Assembly: GCA_963804995.1 (NCBI GenBank)
Contig: CAWDSK010000009.1
Coordinates: 160,001-224,000, forward strand
Length of the DNA stretch: 64,000 nucleotides
Reading direction: 5' to 3'
Origin: an uncultured Acidobacteriota bacterium
Lineage (GTDB): Bacteria > Acidobacteriota > Terriglobia > UBA7540
Position numbers and translations under genes: made by a program. Below the pieces are notes generated by a model. The model did not search any database, was not told the DNA's origin, and worked only from the letters and a program-made list of their open reading frames with translations. Within the stretch, counting starts at the first letter, position 1. Each line of letters opens with the position of its first letter. Shown here in pieces: positions 23,821 to 36,117 of this stretch.

Positions 23821-25199
23821 TTTTTCTCACTCAACTCATGCGCCAATCCGCGCATTTCAAAAATCGAAATCATGGGCAGGAAGCGGATAAACAGGAAGAA
23901 CAGCGACAGGAACAATCCGATCGAACCCACGTAGGTCGCCCAATCCCAAATCGTCGGGTAGTACATGCCCCACGCCGAGGGCATGAAGTCGCGGTGCAGG
24001 CTGGTGACCACGATCACAAAACGCTCAAGCCACATCCCAGTCTGCACAATCAACGAGATTACGAACAGCGCCGCCACATTCTGCCGGACCTTCTTTGACC
24101 ACAAGGTGCCGAGCGGCAGAACGATGTTGCAGACGATCAGGCTCCAGTAGATCGGTGCATAGGGTCCCGTCATCCGGTTCATGATCATGTAGCGGTCGTA
24201 AGTGCTGCCGCTATAGAAGGCCATGAAGGTTTCCATCAGATAGCCGTAAGCTACGATGGACCCTGTGGCGAGCAGGATTTTCGCCATGTTGTCGAGATGC
24301 CGCATGGTGACGAAGTCTTCCAGGTGATAAAACTGCCGCAGCGGAATCGCCAGCGTCAGCACCATGGCGAAACCGGAATAGATGGCGCCGGCCACGAAGT
24401 AGGGTGGAAAGATCGTGCTGTGCCAGCCCGGAACCGTGGCCACGGTGAAATCGAAACTCACCACCGTGTGCACCGATACCACCAGCGGCGTGGCCAATCC
24501 TGCCAGCAGCAGGTAAGCCATCTCGTAACGGTGCCAGTGCATGGCCGAGCCGCGCCAGCCCATGGCCAGAAAGCCGTAGGTCGCCCGCGCCAGGCGATCC
24601 TTGGCGCGATCGCGGAGCGTGGCGAGGTCAGGAATCAGGCCCACGAACCAGAAGAGCAAGGAGATGGTGGCGTACGTTGAAACCGCAAAGACGTCCCACA
24701 CCAACGGGCTGCGGAATTGCGGCCACGTTCCCATGGTGTCGGGGTAAGGAATCAACCAGTAGAACAGCCACGGCCGGCCCATGTGCAGCAATGGGAACAT
24801 ACCGGCAGAGGAAACGGCAAACAGCGTCATGGCTTCCGCAAAACGATTAATGGACTGCCGCCACGCCTGGCGCATCAGTAGCAGGAAGGCGGAAATCAGC
24901 GTGCCCGCGTGGCCGATTCCAATCCACCACACAAAGTTGACGATGGCGAATCCCCAGCCCACAGGGATGTTAATTCCCCAAATGCCCACGCCCATCAACA
25001 GCAGGTAGCCGACCGCAAGATTCAAAACCATGAAGAGGGCAAAGGCGACCGCGAACCCGAACCACCAACCCCGCTTCGTCCCTTCCAGGAGAACGATGGA
25101 GCTGATCTTATCGGTGATCGTCGCGTAGGTATGCCCCGGGGCCAGGACCGGAGCCCCCGCATCCACCGCCGGCGTCTTTTCTACTCCCTCAGGACTCAC
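23817..25199 (-). CDS. actC: Alternative complex III subunit C (NrfD/PsrC family)
   Basis: NFVWWIGIGHAGT, HMGRPW, SPLVWD and LVVSVH motifs. Confidence 0.93.
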   Translation of the reverse strand: MSPEGVEKTPAVDAGAPVLAPGHTYATITDKISSIVLLEGTKRGWWFGFAVAFALFMVLNLAVGYLLLMGVGIWGINIPVGWGFAIVNFVWWIGIGHAGTLISAFLLLMRQAWRQSINRFAEAMTLFAVSSAGMFPLLHMGRPWLFYWLIPYPDTMGTWPQFRSPLVWDVFAVSTYATISLLFWFVGLIPDLATLRDRAKDRLARATYGFLAMGWRGSAMHWHRYEMAYLLLAGLATPLVVSVHTVVSFDFTVATVPGWHSTIFPPYFVAGAIYSGFAMVLTLAIPLRQFYHLEDFVTMRHLDNMAKILLATGSIVAYGYLMETFMAFYSGSTYDRYMIMNRMTGPYAPIYWSLIVCNIVLPLGTLWSKKVRQNVAALFVISLIVQTGMWLERFVIVVTSLHRDFMPSAWGMYYPTIWDWATYVGSIGLFLSLFFLFIRFLPMISIFEMRGLAHELSEKK

Positions 25200-25202
25200 C
25201 CG

Positions 25203-28200
25203 CTACTCCTTGATCTCCGGGTTGGGATTGCGCAGCTTCGCGAGATACGTGGTGCGCGGCCGCGTGTTCAAATCCGTCAGCAAACCATAGTTACGCGATT
25301 GGGCCTTGAGCTTGGCCACGCGGCTTTCGGGGTCGTTAATATTCCCGAAAACGATGGCCTGGGTCGGGCAGGTTTGCTGGCAGGCGGTCACGATTTCCCC
25401 GTCGCGAAGTTCGCGGCCATCCTTTTCCGCCGTAATCTTGGCCTCATTGATGCGCTGGACACAGTAGGTGCACTTCTCCATCACCCCGCGGCTGCGCACG
25501 CTCACATCCGGATTGCGCAGGGGTTCGAGGCTGGGCGTGTTCCAGTCCTGGTAGAGCAGGAAATTGAAGCGCCGGACTTTGTAAGAGCAGTTGTTCGAGC
25601 AGTAGCGCGTACCCACGCAGCGGTTGTAAATCATTTCATTCAGCCCTTCAGGGCTGTGCACCGTGGCACCCACCGGACACACGTATTCGCAGGGGGCGTT
25701 TTCACAATGCATGCAAGGCACCGGTTCGTTGTACGCCTGGGGATTCGCGAGCCCCCCTGGAAGTAGGTGTCCACGCGGATCCACTGCATTTCGCGCCCGC
25801 GCGCCACCTGGTCTTTACCGACCACGGGGATATTGTTTTCGGATTGGCAAGCGACCACGCAGGCATTGCACCCAATACAGCTATTCAGATCGATGGCCAT
25901 GCCCCAGGCATTTCCCTCATACTTGAATCCGGGATAGATGGAGGGCGCGTTCGCGTCGCCTTCTTCGCGGGCGAAGTCAGGGTCCTTGCGGAATTCTTCA
26001 AGCGTTGCTCCGCGCACCAGTTTCCGCTGCCGAGCCGCCACGCTCTCTTCTTCGACCGCTTCGCCTTCCTTGCCCATGATGTGGTGATGTTGGGTGGTCA
26101 CAAGCTGGTAGTGCCCGCCGGTTTTTTCGAGTTCGACGGTACTAACGCACGGCCGGTCGGTGGAACTAAGCTTGTAGGCGTTCGAACCAATCCCGGACCC
26201 CAGGCGGCCGACGCGGCGGCGTCCGTATCCCAGATGCAGCGTGAGGGAATCATCCGCGTGGCCCGGCGTGATCCAGATGGGCGCCGTAACTTCCTGCCCT
26301 TGGCCCCGTAACTTCACCACGTCGCCGTTCGTCACTGCGAGCTTCTGAGCTGTCGTCGGACTCACCAGGGCAGCGTTATCCCAAGTCAGCTTGGTGAGGG
26401 GCTTCGCCAACTCCTGCAACCAGCCATTGTTCGCAAAGCTTCCGTCCCATACCGTGGGGTCGGGTCGTAAGACGATTTCGAGCCTTCCGCCCTCCGCGCC
26501 GGCAGCTTTGGAAGGCTGCGCAACAGGCCCGGCGATCAGCTTGACGGGCTTCGCCGGCAGCGCCGAGTCTGCCACCAGTCCGTCGTGGAGCGACTTTTGC
26601 CAGAACGCTTCGAAATCCCGCGCCGGTTTCTGCCGCTGCCAATAGCTGCGGATAACATCATGTCCGGCCACTCCCTCCTGGCCTCCGAGCACGGCAATGA
26701 TCTCGTGCGCTGACTTCCCATCATACAGCGGAGATATAAGAGGTTGGATAATGCTAACTGTTCCATCGTAGCTGCGGGCATCGCTCCACGATTCCAGATA
26801 GTGAGCCTCGGGAATGTGCCAATGGCAGAGCTCCGCGGTTTCGTCCTCGAAGAGGCTCAAGTGAACCCTCATCCTGACCTTGAGGAGGTTTTCGGCGAAG
26901 TACAAATCCGCGGGCGCGTTGTATAGCGGATTCACACCCAGGATGACCAGAGTGTCCACCTGCCCCGCGCGGATGTCCGACACGAGCTCGCGGAGCGAGG
27001 CCATTTCGTTCGTGGGATTTGCTTCCACCGGGCTCGTGTAAGTCACCGTCTTGCCCACGCTCCCCAGTGCATCATTCAAAACGTGCGCCAGCGCGTGGAC
27101 AGCCGGAGGCTGCTGTTCTCCGGCGATAACAAGGCAAGCTCCCCGATGTTTTTCGAGGTCGCGCGCCAGGGCGGAAATCCAATCGGCTGGCACGCTGGCC
27201 GGAACGGCATTTCCAGGGGTTACTGTCTTGACTCCCAGAGCCTCTGCCAGGGCGCGCGTGAAGGTCTCCACCTCACCCGCGCGAAGCGGCAAGCGATGGT
27301 CGGCCATCGCTCCCGTGCTCGTCGGGGTGCTTTCCACCACATAAAGCCGGTTCATGGCGGATTCGGGACTACTGACGCGGCGCTTTGCACTGAAGTCGCG
27401 CGCGTAGCGGACGGAGCCCGGGCCGGAAGTGAGGAAATCTGCGTTGAGCGAGACCACGATGTCCGCCTGATCGAAGTGATAAACCGTATTGACGTACTCG
27501 CCGAAGGCTAGCTTGGAACCTTCGCGCACGCTGTCACGGTTACACGGCTCATACTGGTGCCATTTCGCCTGCGGGAACTGCGCGAGAAGCGATTTCATCT
27601 GGTCCGCGAGAGTCGGCGAGGTCACCGTGCCTGTCAGGATGCGCAAACCCGCGCCTTTCCGAACCAGCAGATCGGCGCGATATTGCTCGACGGAGGTGAG
27701 GAAGGCGCTCCAGCTTCCGATGTGGCCATTAAAAGCTACCACCTGGGCGCGGTCCGGATCGTAAAGGGACAGCACGGAGGCCTGCGCGAACACATCCGCA
27801 GCACCGAGGCTTGCCGGATGACTGGGATTCCCCTCCACTTTCGTGGGCCGGCCCATGTGGCTTTCCACCAGCACACCCGTGGCGTAACCGGCCAGGGGCA
27901 TGGCGGTCGCATAGAAGAGCGGTTTGCCGGGAACAAAATCCTCCGGCTGTTGCTGCGCGTAAGGGACGATCTTTTCCGTGGGGAGCTTGGTGCAGGCGGT
28001 CAGGCCTGCCAGCGCGGCGGAAGCCGCCATCAATTTCAAGGCGTCGCGGCGGCTGACACCGCTTTCATCGGCGCGAGGATCGTGAGGGAATTCGCACTCG
28101 AGGTAATCGCGATACTCCGGCGTGCCCGCCAGTTCTTCCAAACCGCGCCATACGCGTGGCTGGGGTGAGTGCTCAAGCTTCGCCTGAATTTGCACGAGGT

Positions 28201-28234
28201 CGAGAGGGTTTCCGGGTTTTGACTTACGCTGCAT
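25203..28234 (-). CDS. actB: Alternative complex III subunit B (Tat molybdopterin-oxidoreductase-like plus 4Fe-4S), frameshift in G-run at 25752-25757
   Basis: SRRDALK Tat motif, GRPTKVEGN and CIGCNAC; continues in another frame with [16 protein letters not shown] and EKCTYC. Confidence 0.92.
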
Positions 28235-28264
28235 AAGTTCCAGGGGTCAGGTGCCGGGAGCGCC

Positions 28265-28338
28265 CGAAACTCCAAACTCGAAATCCGCAACTCCGGAGGA
28301 ATTCACCGAATTTCGATTTTCGAATTTCGAGTTTCGAT
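28265..28338. repeat. Heptamer-repeat inverted array (CGAAACT)n ... (ATTTCGA)n
   Basis: Degenerate 7-mers and their complement in the actA-actB spacer. Confidence 0.72.
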
Positions 28339-28375
28339 TCATGCCTCACAGTATCTGAATCAGCCACCCCAGGGC

Positions 28376-29035
28376 TCAACGATGACACGTGTAGCAATCC
28401 GTCAATTGCTTCGGATCTTTGATCTTGTATTCCTTCACCAGGCGGCGGCCCAACGCAATTTGGTTGCTCGGGGGCACATAATCTGCCTTAAAAACGTCTT
28501 CACGGCGGCGCACATTGCGCTCCGGGTGGTTGTGGCAATCAATGCACCAGCGCATGTATAGCGTGTTGGCGCGCCAAGTGAGCGGCATCTCACCAATCGG
28601 CCCATGGCAAGTGGTGCAGCCGATCCCTTTGTTCACATGAATGCTGTGATCGAAATAAACGAAATCCGGCAGCGCGTTGACGCGCGTCCACTGGAGCGAA
28701 GTATTCGTGGCATAACTCGCGCGCACGGGCTCCAGCATGGCGCTGTTCAGCCACAGCTTGGAGTGGCAGCTCATGCAAGTATGCGTGGTGGGGACACCCG
28801 CGTACGACGATTGCTCCACTGAATTGTGGCAATAACGGCAATCGATGCCGTCGTCCGCGACATGGTGCTTGTGGCTGAAGGGGACGGGTTGCTGCTGGGC
28901 TACGTTGACGTCAGTAAAATAGGACGATTGATTAACCGCGTAAATCAGGTACGCCAGGCCCCCCGCAAAGAAGACCGCACCATAAATTGTCAGCTTGGAG
29001 ATCGTGTTGGTGCTGCGATGGAAGATCTGTGCCAT
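28376..29035 (-). CDS. actA: Alternative complex III pentaheme cytochrome c
   Basis: Five CxxCH motifs (CRYCH, CMSCH, CTTCH, CIDCH, CYTCH) and an N-terminal TM helix. Confidence 0.93.
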   Translation of the reverse strand: MAQIFHRSTNTISKLTIYGAVFFAGGLAYLIYAVNQSSYFTDVNVAQQQPVPFSHKHHVADDGIDCRYCHNSVEQSSYAGVPTTHTCMSCHSKLWLNSAMLEPVRASYATNTSLQWTRVNALPDFVYFDHSIHVNKGIGCTTCHGPIGEMPLTWRANTLYMRWCIDCHNHPERNVRRREDVFKADYVPPSNQIALGRRLVKEYKIKDPKQLTDCYTCHR

Positions 29036-29520
29036 CGAACGATTTTGCCCAATGCTCCTGAGAAGATCTCACTTCGATTCCGGCTCCTGAATCGGCCCCT
29101 TCGCTGCTCAGCCGCAATCTCCTCAGTAATGTGGTTCGTGAACGGTTGCTCTTAGCCCTGCGTGATTTCCTGCGCGGCCCGTGTTCTTTGGGGTCGTGCT
29201 GCGCTCCGCAGCTTATCCCTCTCCAAAGACCTGGTGAATGAGGTGACTGGAATTTGATAATCCGTTGATCCCGGGAGAGATAACAGGGGGACAGAAAAGA
29301 TTCTAGCTCGCGACTGCGTGCGCGAAAGGATAATTGCTGGCCCGAAGAAAGATCCCGAGACCTGACGCAAGAGACACCCAAGGTTTTCCGGGTGAAAACC
29401 GTCCCCTTCACACTGCATGTAATCGGCCCCAGAAGAGGCAAATTATATTTCGTGCCAGATTTGTTTGTCAAAAGAAAATCGCGCGCCCGCAATTGACACG
29501 GGTCGCAGGCCACTGGGTTC

Positions 29521-29534
29521 TTGATGTGCGTCAC
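29521..29534. promoter_or_regulatory. Possible CRP/FNR-family binding site
   Basis: TTGAT-GTGC-GTCAC in the divergent spacer between actA and aldehyde dehydrogenase. Confidence 0.35.
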
Positions 29535-29722
29535 CTTTACCTCGCATTGTGATGTTTATTGGTCAGACCAGAAGGTTCGCTAACGGGCGTCGATGGCAGG
29601 GAGGAATGGACGGCTGCGTCAACCTATCAATACGGCCGGGGGCGACGCGGAGGGTACCGGTTCAGCACTCACAGGCAGTGCTATGATACCCGGGGGGCGA
29701 GGGGATTGAGGAGGGGAGTCTT

Positions 29723-31166
29723 ATGAATCAAACTACGACCGCAACGCGAAGCTGGGGATTCTTTCTGGACGGGAAATGGCAGAGCGATGGTCCCGCCTGG
29801 GAAGTGCGCGCACCCTCAGATCAGCGGTTGGTCGCCACGATAACCCGGGCGCGCCGCCAGGATTTGGAAGCCGCGATTCAGGCCGCCACCCGGGCGTTTG
29901 TGGTTACGCGAAAGTTGGGGGCCTACGAACGGCAGCGCGTTCTGCGCGAGGTAGCCGCGGGAATAGGCCGGAGACGCGAGGAATTCGTGCGCACCCTGGC
30001 GCTCGAGGCCGGCAAGCCCGTCAAGGCCGCTCGGGTTGAGGTGGACCGCGCCATCTTCACCTTTACGATTGCGGCCGAGGAAAGCACGCGGATTTATGGG
30101 GAATGGTTGCCGCTCGATCTGCAGGCTGCGACGGCGGGACGTTGGGCCATTGTGCGGCGGTTCCCCCTGGGACCGGTGGCAACGATTTCACCCTTCAACT
30201 TCCCGCTCAATTTGGTGGCGCACAAGTGGGCCCCGGCCATGGCGACGGGGTGCACACTGGTACACAAGCCCGCCTCGCAGACCCCCCTGTGCTCGTTGCT
30301 GCTTGCGGAGGTCGTGGAGCAGGCAGGCTGGCCTGCGGGTGGTTTGAATGTTCTCCCCGTGGCGGGTGAAAACGCGGAACCATTGGTTACGGACGACCGC
30401 CTGAAGATGCTTTCGTTCACAGGCAGTGCGCTGGTGGGGTGGGATTTGAAAAAGAAGGCCGGCAAGAAACGGGTGACCCTCGAATTGGGAGGAAACGCAG
30501 GAGTCATTGTGCACGACGACGCGGATCTTGCGCAATCCGCGGAGCGCTGCGCTATCGGCGGGTTTTCTTACGCCGGCCAAGTCTGCATTTCGGTCCAGCG
30601 CATCCTAGTACGGCGCAGCGTGTTCGAGAAATTTCTCGAACGCGTTCCTGGCCCGCGTTCGAAAACTCAAACTCGGTGATCCGCTCGATGAAGCTACGGA
30701 CGTGGGCCCCATGATTTCGGAGAGTGCGGCGGCACGAGCGGAGAATTGGGTCGAGGAAGCGGTGGCCGAAGGCGCCCAGATCCTCTGCGGTGGCAAGCGC
30801 ACAGGCGCATTGATGGAGCCAACCGTGCTGACCGGTACTCGCCCGCAACAAAAAGTTAACTGTGAGGAATTGTTCGCACCGGTTGTGACCGTCGAGCCTT
30901 ATGACGAATTCGCGGAGGCCCTGCGGAGAGTTAATGACTCTCCCTACGGATTGCAGGCTGGCGTCTTCACCCGTGACGCAAAGCTGCTGTTCCAAGCGTA
31001 TGAAGAGCTGGAAGTGGGCGGAGTGATAGCTGGCGACGCACCGTCGTTTCGTATCGATCACATGCCCTACGGGGGAGTGAAGGACTCCGGGTTGGGGCGC
31101 GAGGGGGTGCGCTACGCGATGGAAGAGATGACGGACCGGAAAGTGCTGGTCATGAATGTTCCTTGA
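29723..31166 (+). CDS. NAD(P)-dependent aldehyde dehydrogenase, +1 frameshift near 30640
   Basis: PFNFP, SFTGS, LELGGN and catalytic GQVCIS; continues in another frame with EELFAP and PYGGVKDSG.GREG. Confidence 0.92.
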
Positions 31167-31328
31167 GGGCAGAGAGGGAATGGGGGCTAGGGATGTCATA
31201 CGGCGGTGGGTAAATTCCGAGCAAACTCATTGAGACCTCCGGAGAGCAGCGGCCTGAAGAATCATCTAGTTAAATTCTTGCCGCACACCCTATAATCCGA
31301 ATCTTGGTTCTTCCAGGGAAACCTGAAG

Positions 31329-32141
31329 ATGAAACTGGGAATCAGCACTTACACCTATGCGTGGGCGATCGGCTTTTCCGGGGCCGTGCCAAATCACCCA
31401 CTCAAGCCGATACAACTCTTGGAGAAAGCACAGGAACTCGGGGTGAACCTTGTTCAGTTCGGACCGAATTTGCCCCTGGATCGACTACATCTGCAGGATC
31501 TTCAGGACCTGGTGAAACACGCGGAGTCCTGGGAGATAGACTTGGAGGTAGCTACGCAGGGACTTAATCCCACCCATCTGCGGCGGCAGATTCAGTTCGC
31601 CAAGCAGAATGGCGCCATACTCCTGAAAACCACTCCGGAAGGCGCGGACGGAAAACTCCCCTTGCGAATGGAGATGGCGAACAACTTGCGCGCGATTGCT
31701 GGCTATCTGGCGGAAAACGAAATGCACCTTGCGATTGACAACAGCCGCATCGCTGCACAGGAGCTCAACGAGTTGCTCACCCCAATTGGGTGCACTTGGC
31801 TGGGTGTGGCGCTTGATACACTGAATCCTATTTCTATTCCCCAAGGATGGCACCTCTCCGTGCGGGTGTTGGCATACCGCACGCTGACCGTGCAGATAAA
31901 GGATTTCATTGTGCAACCCGCCTGGCACGGAATGGGCCTCACGATCGAAGGCCGCCCAGTCGGCAAAGGCCAACTCAACATTCCCTGGCTCGTGGACTCC
32001 TTTGCAGCGCTCCGCGCTAACCCCTCGACGATCGTAGAATCATGGACGCCGCAGCAGAAAACGCTCCAGGAAACCATTTCGCTTGAGGACGCCTGGGCCA
32101 AGCAGAGCGTGGATTATTTGCGGAAGTACATTTCTGACTAG
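31329..32141 (+). CDS. Sugar-phosphate isomerase/epimerase-like TIM-barrel protein
   Basis: KLGISTY, LDTLN, IKDF, G.G.LNIP and IVESW pattern of the xylose-isomerase-like family. Confidence 0.78.
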   Translation: MKLGISTYTYAWAIGFSGAVPNHPLKPIQLLEKAQELGVNLVQFGPNLPLDRLHLQDLQDLVKHAESWEIDLEVATQGLNPTHLRRQIQFAKQNGAILLKTTPEGADGKLPLRMEMANNLRAIAGYLAENEMHLAIDNSRIAAQELNELLTPIGCTWLGVALDTLNPISIPQGWHLSVRVLAYRTLTVQIKDFIVQPAWHGMGLTIEGRPVGKGQLNIPWLVDSFAALRANPSTIVESWTPQQKTLQETISLEDAWAKQSVDYLRKYISD

Positions 32142-32975
32142 CTAGCCCTCCTAATAACCGTTCGGGAAAGACCTACCTATACAAAGGAAACGTTCTTGTG
32201 ACATACCCAAAAGGCAGTGGAATAAACCTCCCACAGGCTATCTCCCGAGGCATTTTCCTGATACCAATCGTGGGGTCTTCTGGAGTCGACGGTTCTCTTC
32301 CGATGGTCAGCGTTAGTTGGGAAACTGCCCATGGGTTAATCGAGTAAGTGGTCCTGAATCCCCCTTTCCTGTAACCGAAACAAGCTAAACGCCTTGCAGA
32401 TCAAAAAAATTGTCGGAAAAAATGTACTTTTCTGTGTGAATCTGTGGCATGATACGCGGTAGCTTGAACCACTAACGATATAGCCACTACCCGCCCCCTT
32501 ACGGGGGTCGTAACATGCAGGACTCGGAGAGCCGAGGCAATGGCCTACCTTTAAAACACCTCGGCTCCTCCCGAGTTTTTTCAACCCTCGGGCTCCAAAC
32601 ACCACCAAACGGTCGGGCAGCGCGGAATCGTGCCCCTCTTGATAAACGTCACAATGGGAAGGGCCGCTCCGCCCGAGACTATCGTTGGTACTAAAGAGGG
32701 ATGACTTTGATTTCATCTCCGACATGAGGCCGGGAATTTGTGATCCAGTAGGGTTGGCACAGAGCTGATTTGGTCTGGCCGAGAGTCTCACCGCTGCGAT
32801 GAAATGAATTTGCTACAAGGAACCGGTATTGTCAGCGGGGTGACGGTGTGTTATATACGAATGACTGCGAAGATTGGCTGGAGCCAAGAGGATTCCGTTA
32901 GGAAAGGGCCTCCTGCCAAGCAACGGTTTTGGATACCAGTCAAACTTCGAAATTCTAGGAAGGGGATCCCACTGC

Positions 32976-33560
32976 GTGAGTTTCATTAATTTTGCCGCCC
33001 GGGAAATCAACTGCAAGATCGTCTACTATGGCGCCGGTCTGGGTGGCAAAACCACCAACTTGCAGTGGATCTTCGACCAGACGTTGGGGAAAACCGGCGG
33101 CAAGATGATTTCCCTGGCGACGGAAACCGACCGCACCCTTTTCTTTGATTTTCTCCCCCTCGACCTCGGCAGCATTCGCGGATTCAAGACGCGCTTCCAT
33201 CTCTACACGGTTCCCGGCCAGGTCTTCTACGATGCCAGTCGTAAGCTGATTCTGCGGGGCGTGGATGGCGTGGTGTTCGTTGCCGATTCCCAGGAAGAAA
33301 GAATGGACGCCAACCTGGAAGCCTTGGAGAACCTGCAGGCAAATCTCGCAGAGCACAATTATGACTTTGCGAAAGTTCCATATGTGCTCCAGCTCAACAA
33401 ACGCGATTTGCCTAACGTTCTTTCCGTAGAGGAATTGAAAAAGAACCTGATGAAGAAGGATGAGCCCGTCTTTGAAGGCGTGGCTTTCAAAGGGGTCGGC
33501 GTGTTCGAAACTTTGAAAGAATGCGGGCGACTGGTTCTGGCGGAATTGAAGAAGGGTTAG
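32976..33560 (+). CDS. mglA: MglA-family small GTPase
   Basis: [42 protein letters not shown] and NKRD. Confidence 0.95.
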   Translation: MSFINFAAREINCKIVYYGAGLGGKTTNLQWIFDQTLGKTGGKMISLATETDRTLFFDFLPLDLGSIRGFKTRFHLYTVPGQVFYDASRKLILRGVDGVVFVADSQEERMDANLEALENLQANLAEHNYDFAKVPYVLQLNKRDLPNVLSVEELKKNLMKKDEPVFEGVAFKGVGVFETLKECGRLVLAELKKG

Positions 33561-33667
33561 GCAGTAGGAATCTTACTCAAGTTAGGTCGCTCTTCCCCCC
33601 ACAAATCAATCTGCACACTCACCGATGCGCCGGTCCCCAAGGTCGCGAGCCTGCATGCTGCCCGTTC

Positions 33668-35150
33668 CTAGCTTGACTCCCTTTCGGCCGTGGTGAGTTC
33701 GAAGAAGTGGTGCCCCATGATGGCCAGGGTTATGGCCTTGCTGAAGTGATGCCGGTGGCGATGCAAAGACTGCGCAAGGAATTTCCAGTACTCCTGACGA
33801 TAGTTGCTGAGCAGGCCCTGGCGGAAAAGCGAACGGCCGAGCGCCATGAGGTCTGAGAACACCAGCGGCGAGCGCGATCCGCGGCCCAACTGCGCGAGGA
33901 AAGCAGAGGCGCGCTGGAAGTATTCGCGCGGGTTGTATATGGTCCGGAGGATGCGCCGGTAACCATCCAGCAATTCCTGGGTGTCCATGCGCGGGATGAA
34001 GTTCAAGTCAACCAGGGTGTTGTTCCCCAGGCTGGCTTTCAGGAGGCGGCCCTCCGCCTTGAGCCTTCTCCACAACTGGGTATTCGGCAGCGCATTGAGC
34101 AATCCAACCATGGAAAGCGGGATAGCAGCCTGGCGGATGAATTCAATTTGCCGGTCGAAGACGTCCGGCGGGTCGTGGTCAAAACCCACGATGAACCCTG
34201 CCATGACTTCCATGCCGTACGCCTGGATGAGCTTTACGCTCTCCAGCAGATCCATGCGGAGATTCTGGAATTTAGTGGTTTCCTTCAGGCTCTCGGCCAC
34301 CGGCGTCTCGATGCCCAGGAAGACGCGCGTGAAATGTGCCTCGCGCATCATCGCCAGCAGGTCCTTGTCTTCCGCCAGATTCAGGGAAGCTTCGGTATAA
34401 AGCGTGAAGGGAAACTTGTGATCGCGCATCCACTGGATCAGGCGTGGAAGCAGCAACTTCACGTTCTTCTTGTTGCCGATAAAGTTGTCGTCGACCATGA
34501 ACACCGAGCCGCGCCAGCCGAGGCGATAGAGTTGCTTCGAGTTCCGCGCACACCTGGTCAGGAGTCTTGGTGCGCGGGCGGCGGCCGTAGATCTCGATGA
34601 TGTCGCAGAACTCGCAGGTAAAAGGGCAGCCGCGTGAAAACTGCACTGACATGGAACTGTAGCGACGCAAGGCGGTCAGGCGCAGGTCCGGGAGCGGCAC
34701 TTGAGTTACATCCGCAAGTTCCGGATGGACGTAGAGTGGTTTGGCCACCCCGCGTTCAAGCTCCTCGGCAAGCTGGCTAATCATATCTTCCGCTTCGCCC
34801 TCCACGATGTGGTCGGCTCCGGAAATCGACGGGTCATGCGCGCTGGTGATCGGCCCACCCACGACCGTCCGCCGGCCGCGCTGCTTGGCCCGCGCAATCA
34901 GCCCTTTCAGCGAGGGTCCCTGCACAATCATGCCGCTGAAGAAAACCACGTCCGCCCAGTCGAGGTCGGAGTCCTTGAGCCGCTGGACATTCAAATCCAC
35001 CAGACGTTTCTGCCAGTGCTTGGGCAGCATCGCTGAGATGGTGAGCAAGCCCAAAGGCGGAAACGCCGAACGCTTGCCCTGAAAAGGCAGCGCGTGCTTG
35101 AAGCTCCAAAACGTATCGGGGAATTCGGGATAGACCAGCAGGACCTTCAT
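33668..35150 (-). CDS. B12-binding-domain radical SAM protein (DUF4070-type), +1 frameshift near 34536
   Basis: PPLGL and SRGCPFTCEFC; the repaired junction reads ELEQLYRLGWRGSVFMVDDNFIGN. Confidence 0.9.
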
Positions 35151-35804
35151 CCAAACACCTCTCGAGCGGAAGGCACCGGCGCCTCTTCCGCACCTCATGC
35201 TGCCAGGGCAGCCGTACTTCGGTTTCGTCACAGGCCGGTGGATTTTGATCGGGGCTCTGTGCGAGACGCTGATTCTTACATCCCTCATTAAGGCGGGGAA
35301 CTATCCGTCCCGAGCGAGCGAAGGCTCTTGGTAAGCGTATAAATTGCGGGCCGAAAACCCCACGCGGAGGGTTCTACACAACGACCGAGAGTCTAACACC
35401 ATAAGAGTTCGCGCTCCAGCGAAAACCATTTAATTTTTCCTGTGCCACAATAGCGGGATTGCCGGGGTGATTTCCGCGGCCCGTTTCTTCCGATGCATGC
35501 GAATCTGCGAAAACCGGATTGCTCCGAGCGTTGCGAAGCACAAAGGGGGAAGTGAGAATAAGGATCAGGGATTTCGGCTATCATGTGACGGGTTCGTTTA
35601 AGAAGGCGACCCTGAGTTTTTGGTGGGACACCGTGCGCTACAGTGCTCTACAGCGCGTCGTCGTTCACAGCCGCGGTAAATGTGTCCCTGCCTGCCACCT
35701 GATGATTGTGTCATATGGGACGGCGATTTCGCAGGCGGAATTCGGGTGACGAAAGTGGTAAAAAGGTAAGCTGATTGCCAAGCGTTGAGTGAGGGGAGGA
35801 ATCC

Positions 35805-36110
35805 ATGTTTATCGTGCATGTACATATTCGAGTGAAGCCGGAGCACGTTGACGCTTTCAAGCTGGCGACGATTGAGAACGCCCGCAACAGCGTGAAGGAG
35901 CCGGGCATCGCGCGTTTTGACGTGATTCAGCAGAAAGACGATCCCACGCGGTTTGTGCTCGTGGAAGTTTACCGGAGCGTGGAGGCGACGGTAGCGCACA
36001 AGGAGACGGCGCATTACGTGGCGTGGCGCGACCGTGCGGAGCCTTTGATGGCCGAGCCCCGCACGCGCGTGCAGTACGCCAACGTTTTTCCCGATGAGGA
36101 AGGCTGGTGA
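35805..36110 (+). CDS. ABM/LsrG-like putative quinol monooxygenase
   Basis: EPG..RFD, FVLVEVY and HKETAHY..W motifs. Confidence 0.88.
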   Translation: MFIVHVHIRVKPEHVDAFKLATIENARNSVKEPGIARFDVIQQKDDPTRFVLVEVYRSVEATVAHKETAHYVAWRDRAEPLMAEPRTRVQYANVFPDEEGW

Positions 36111-36117
36111 GGTCCTG

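Noticed and set aside
25203..28234. actB as two genes or as a phase-variable gene
   Set aside because: The break is one missing G in a short G6 run within a continuous Fe-S domain; a homopolymer sequencing error is more likely.
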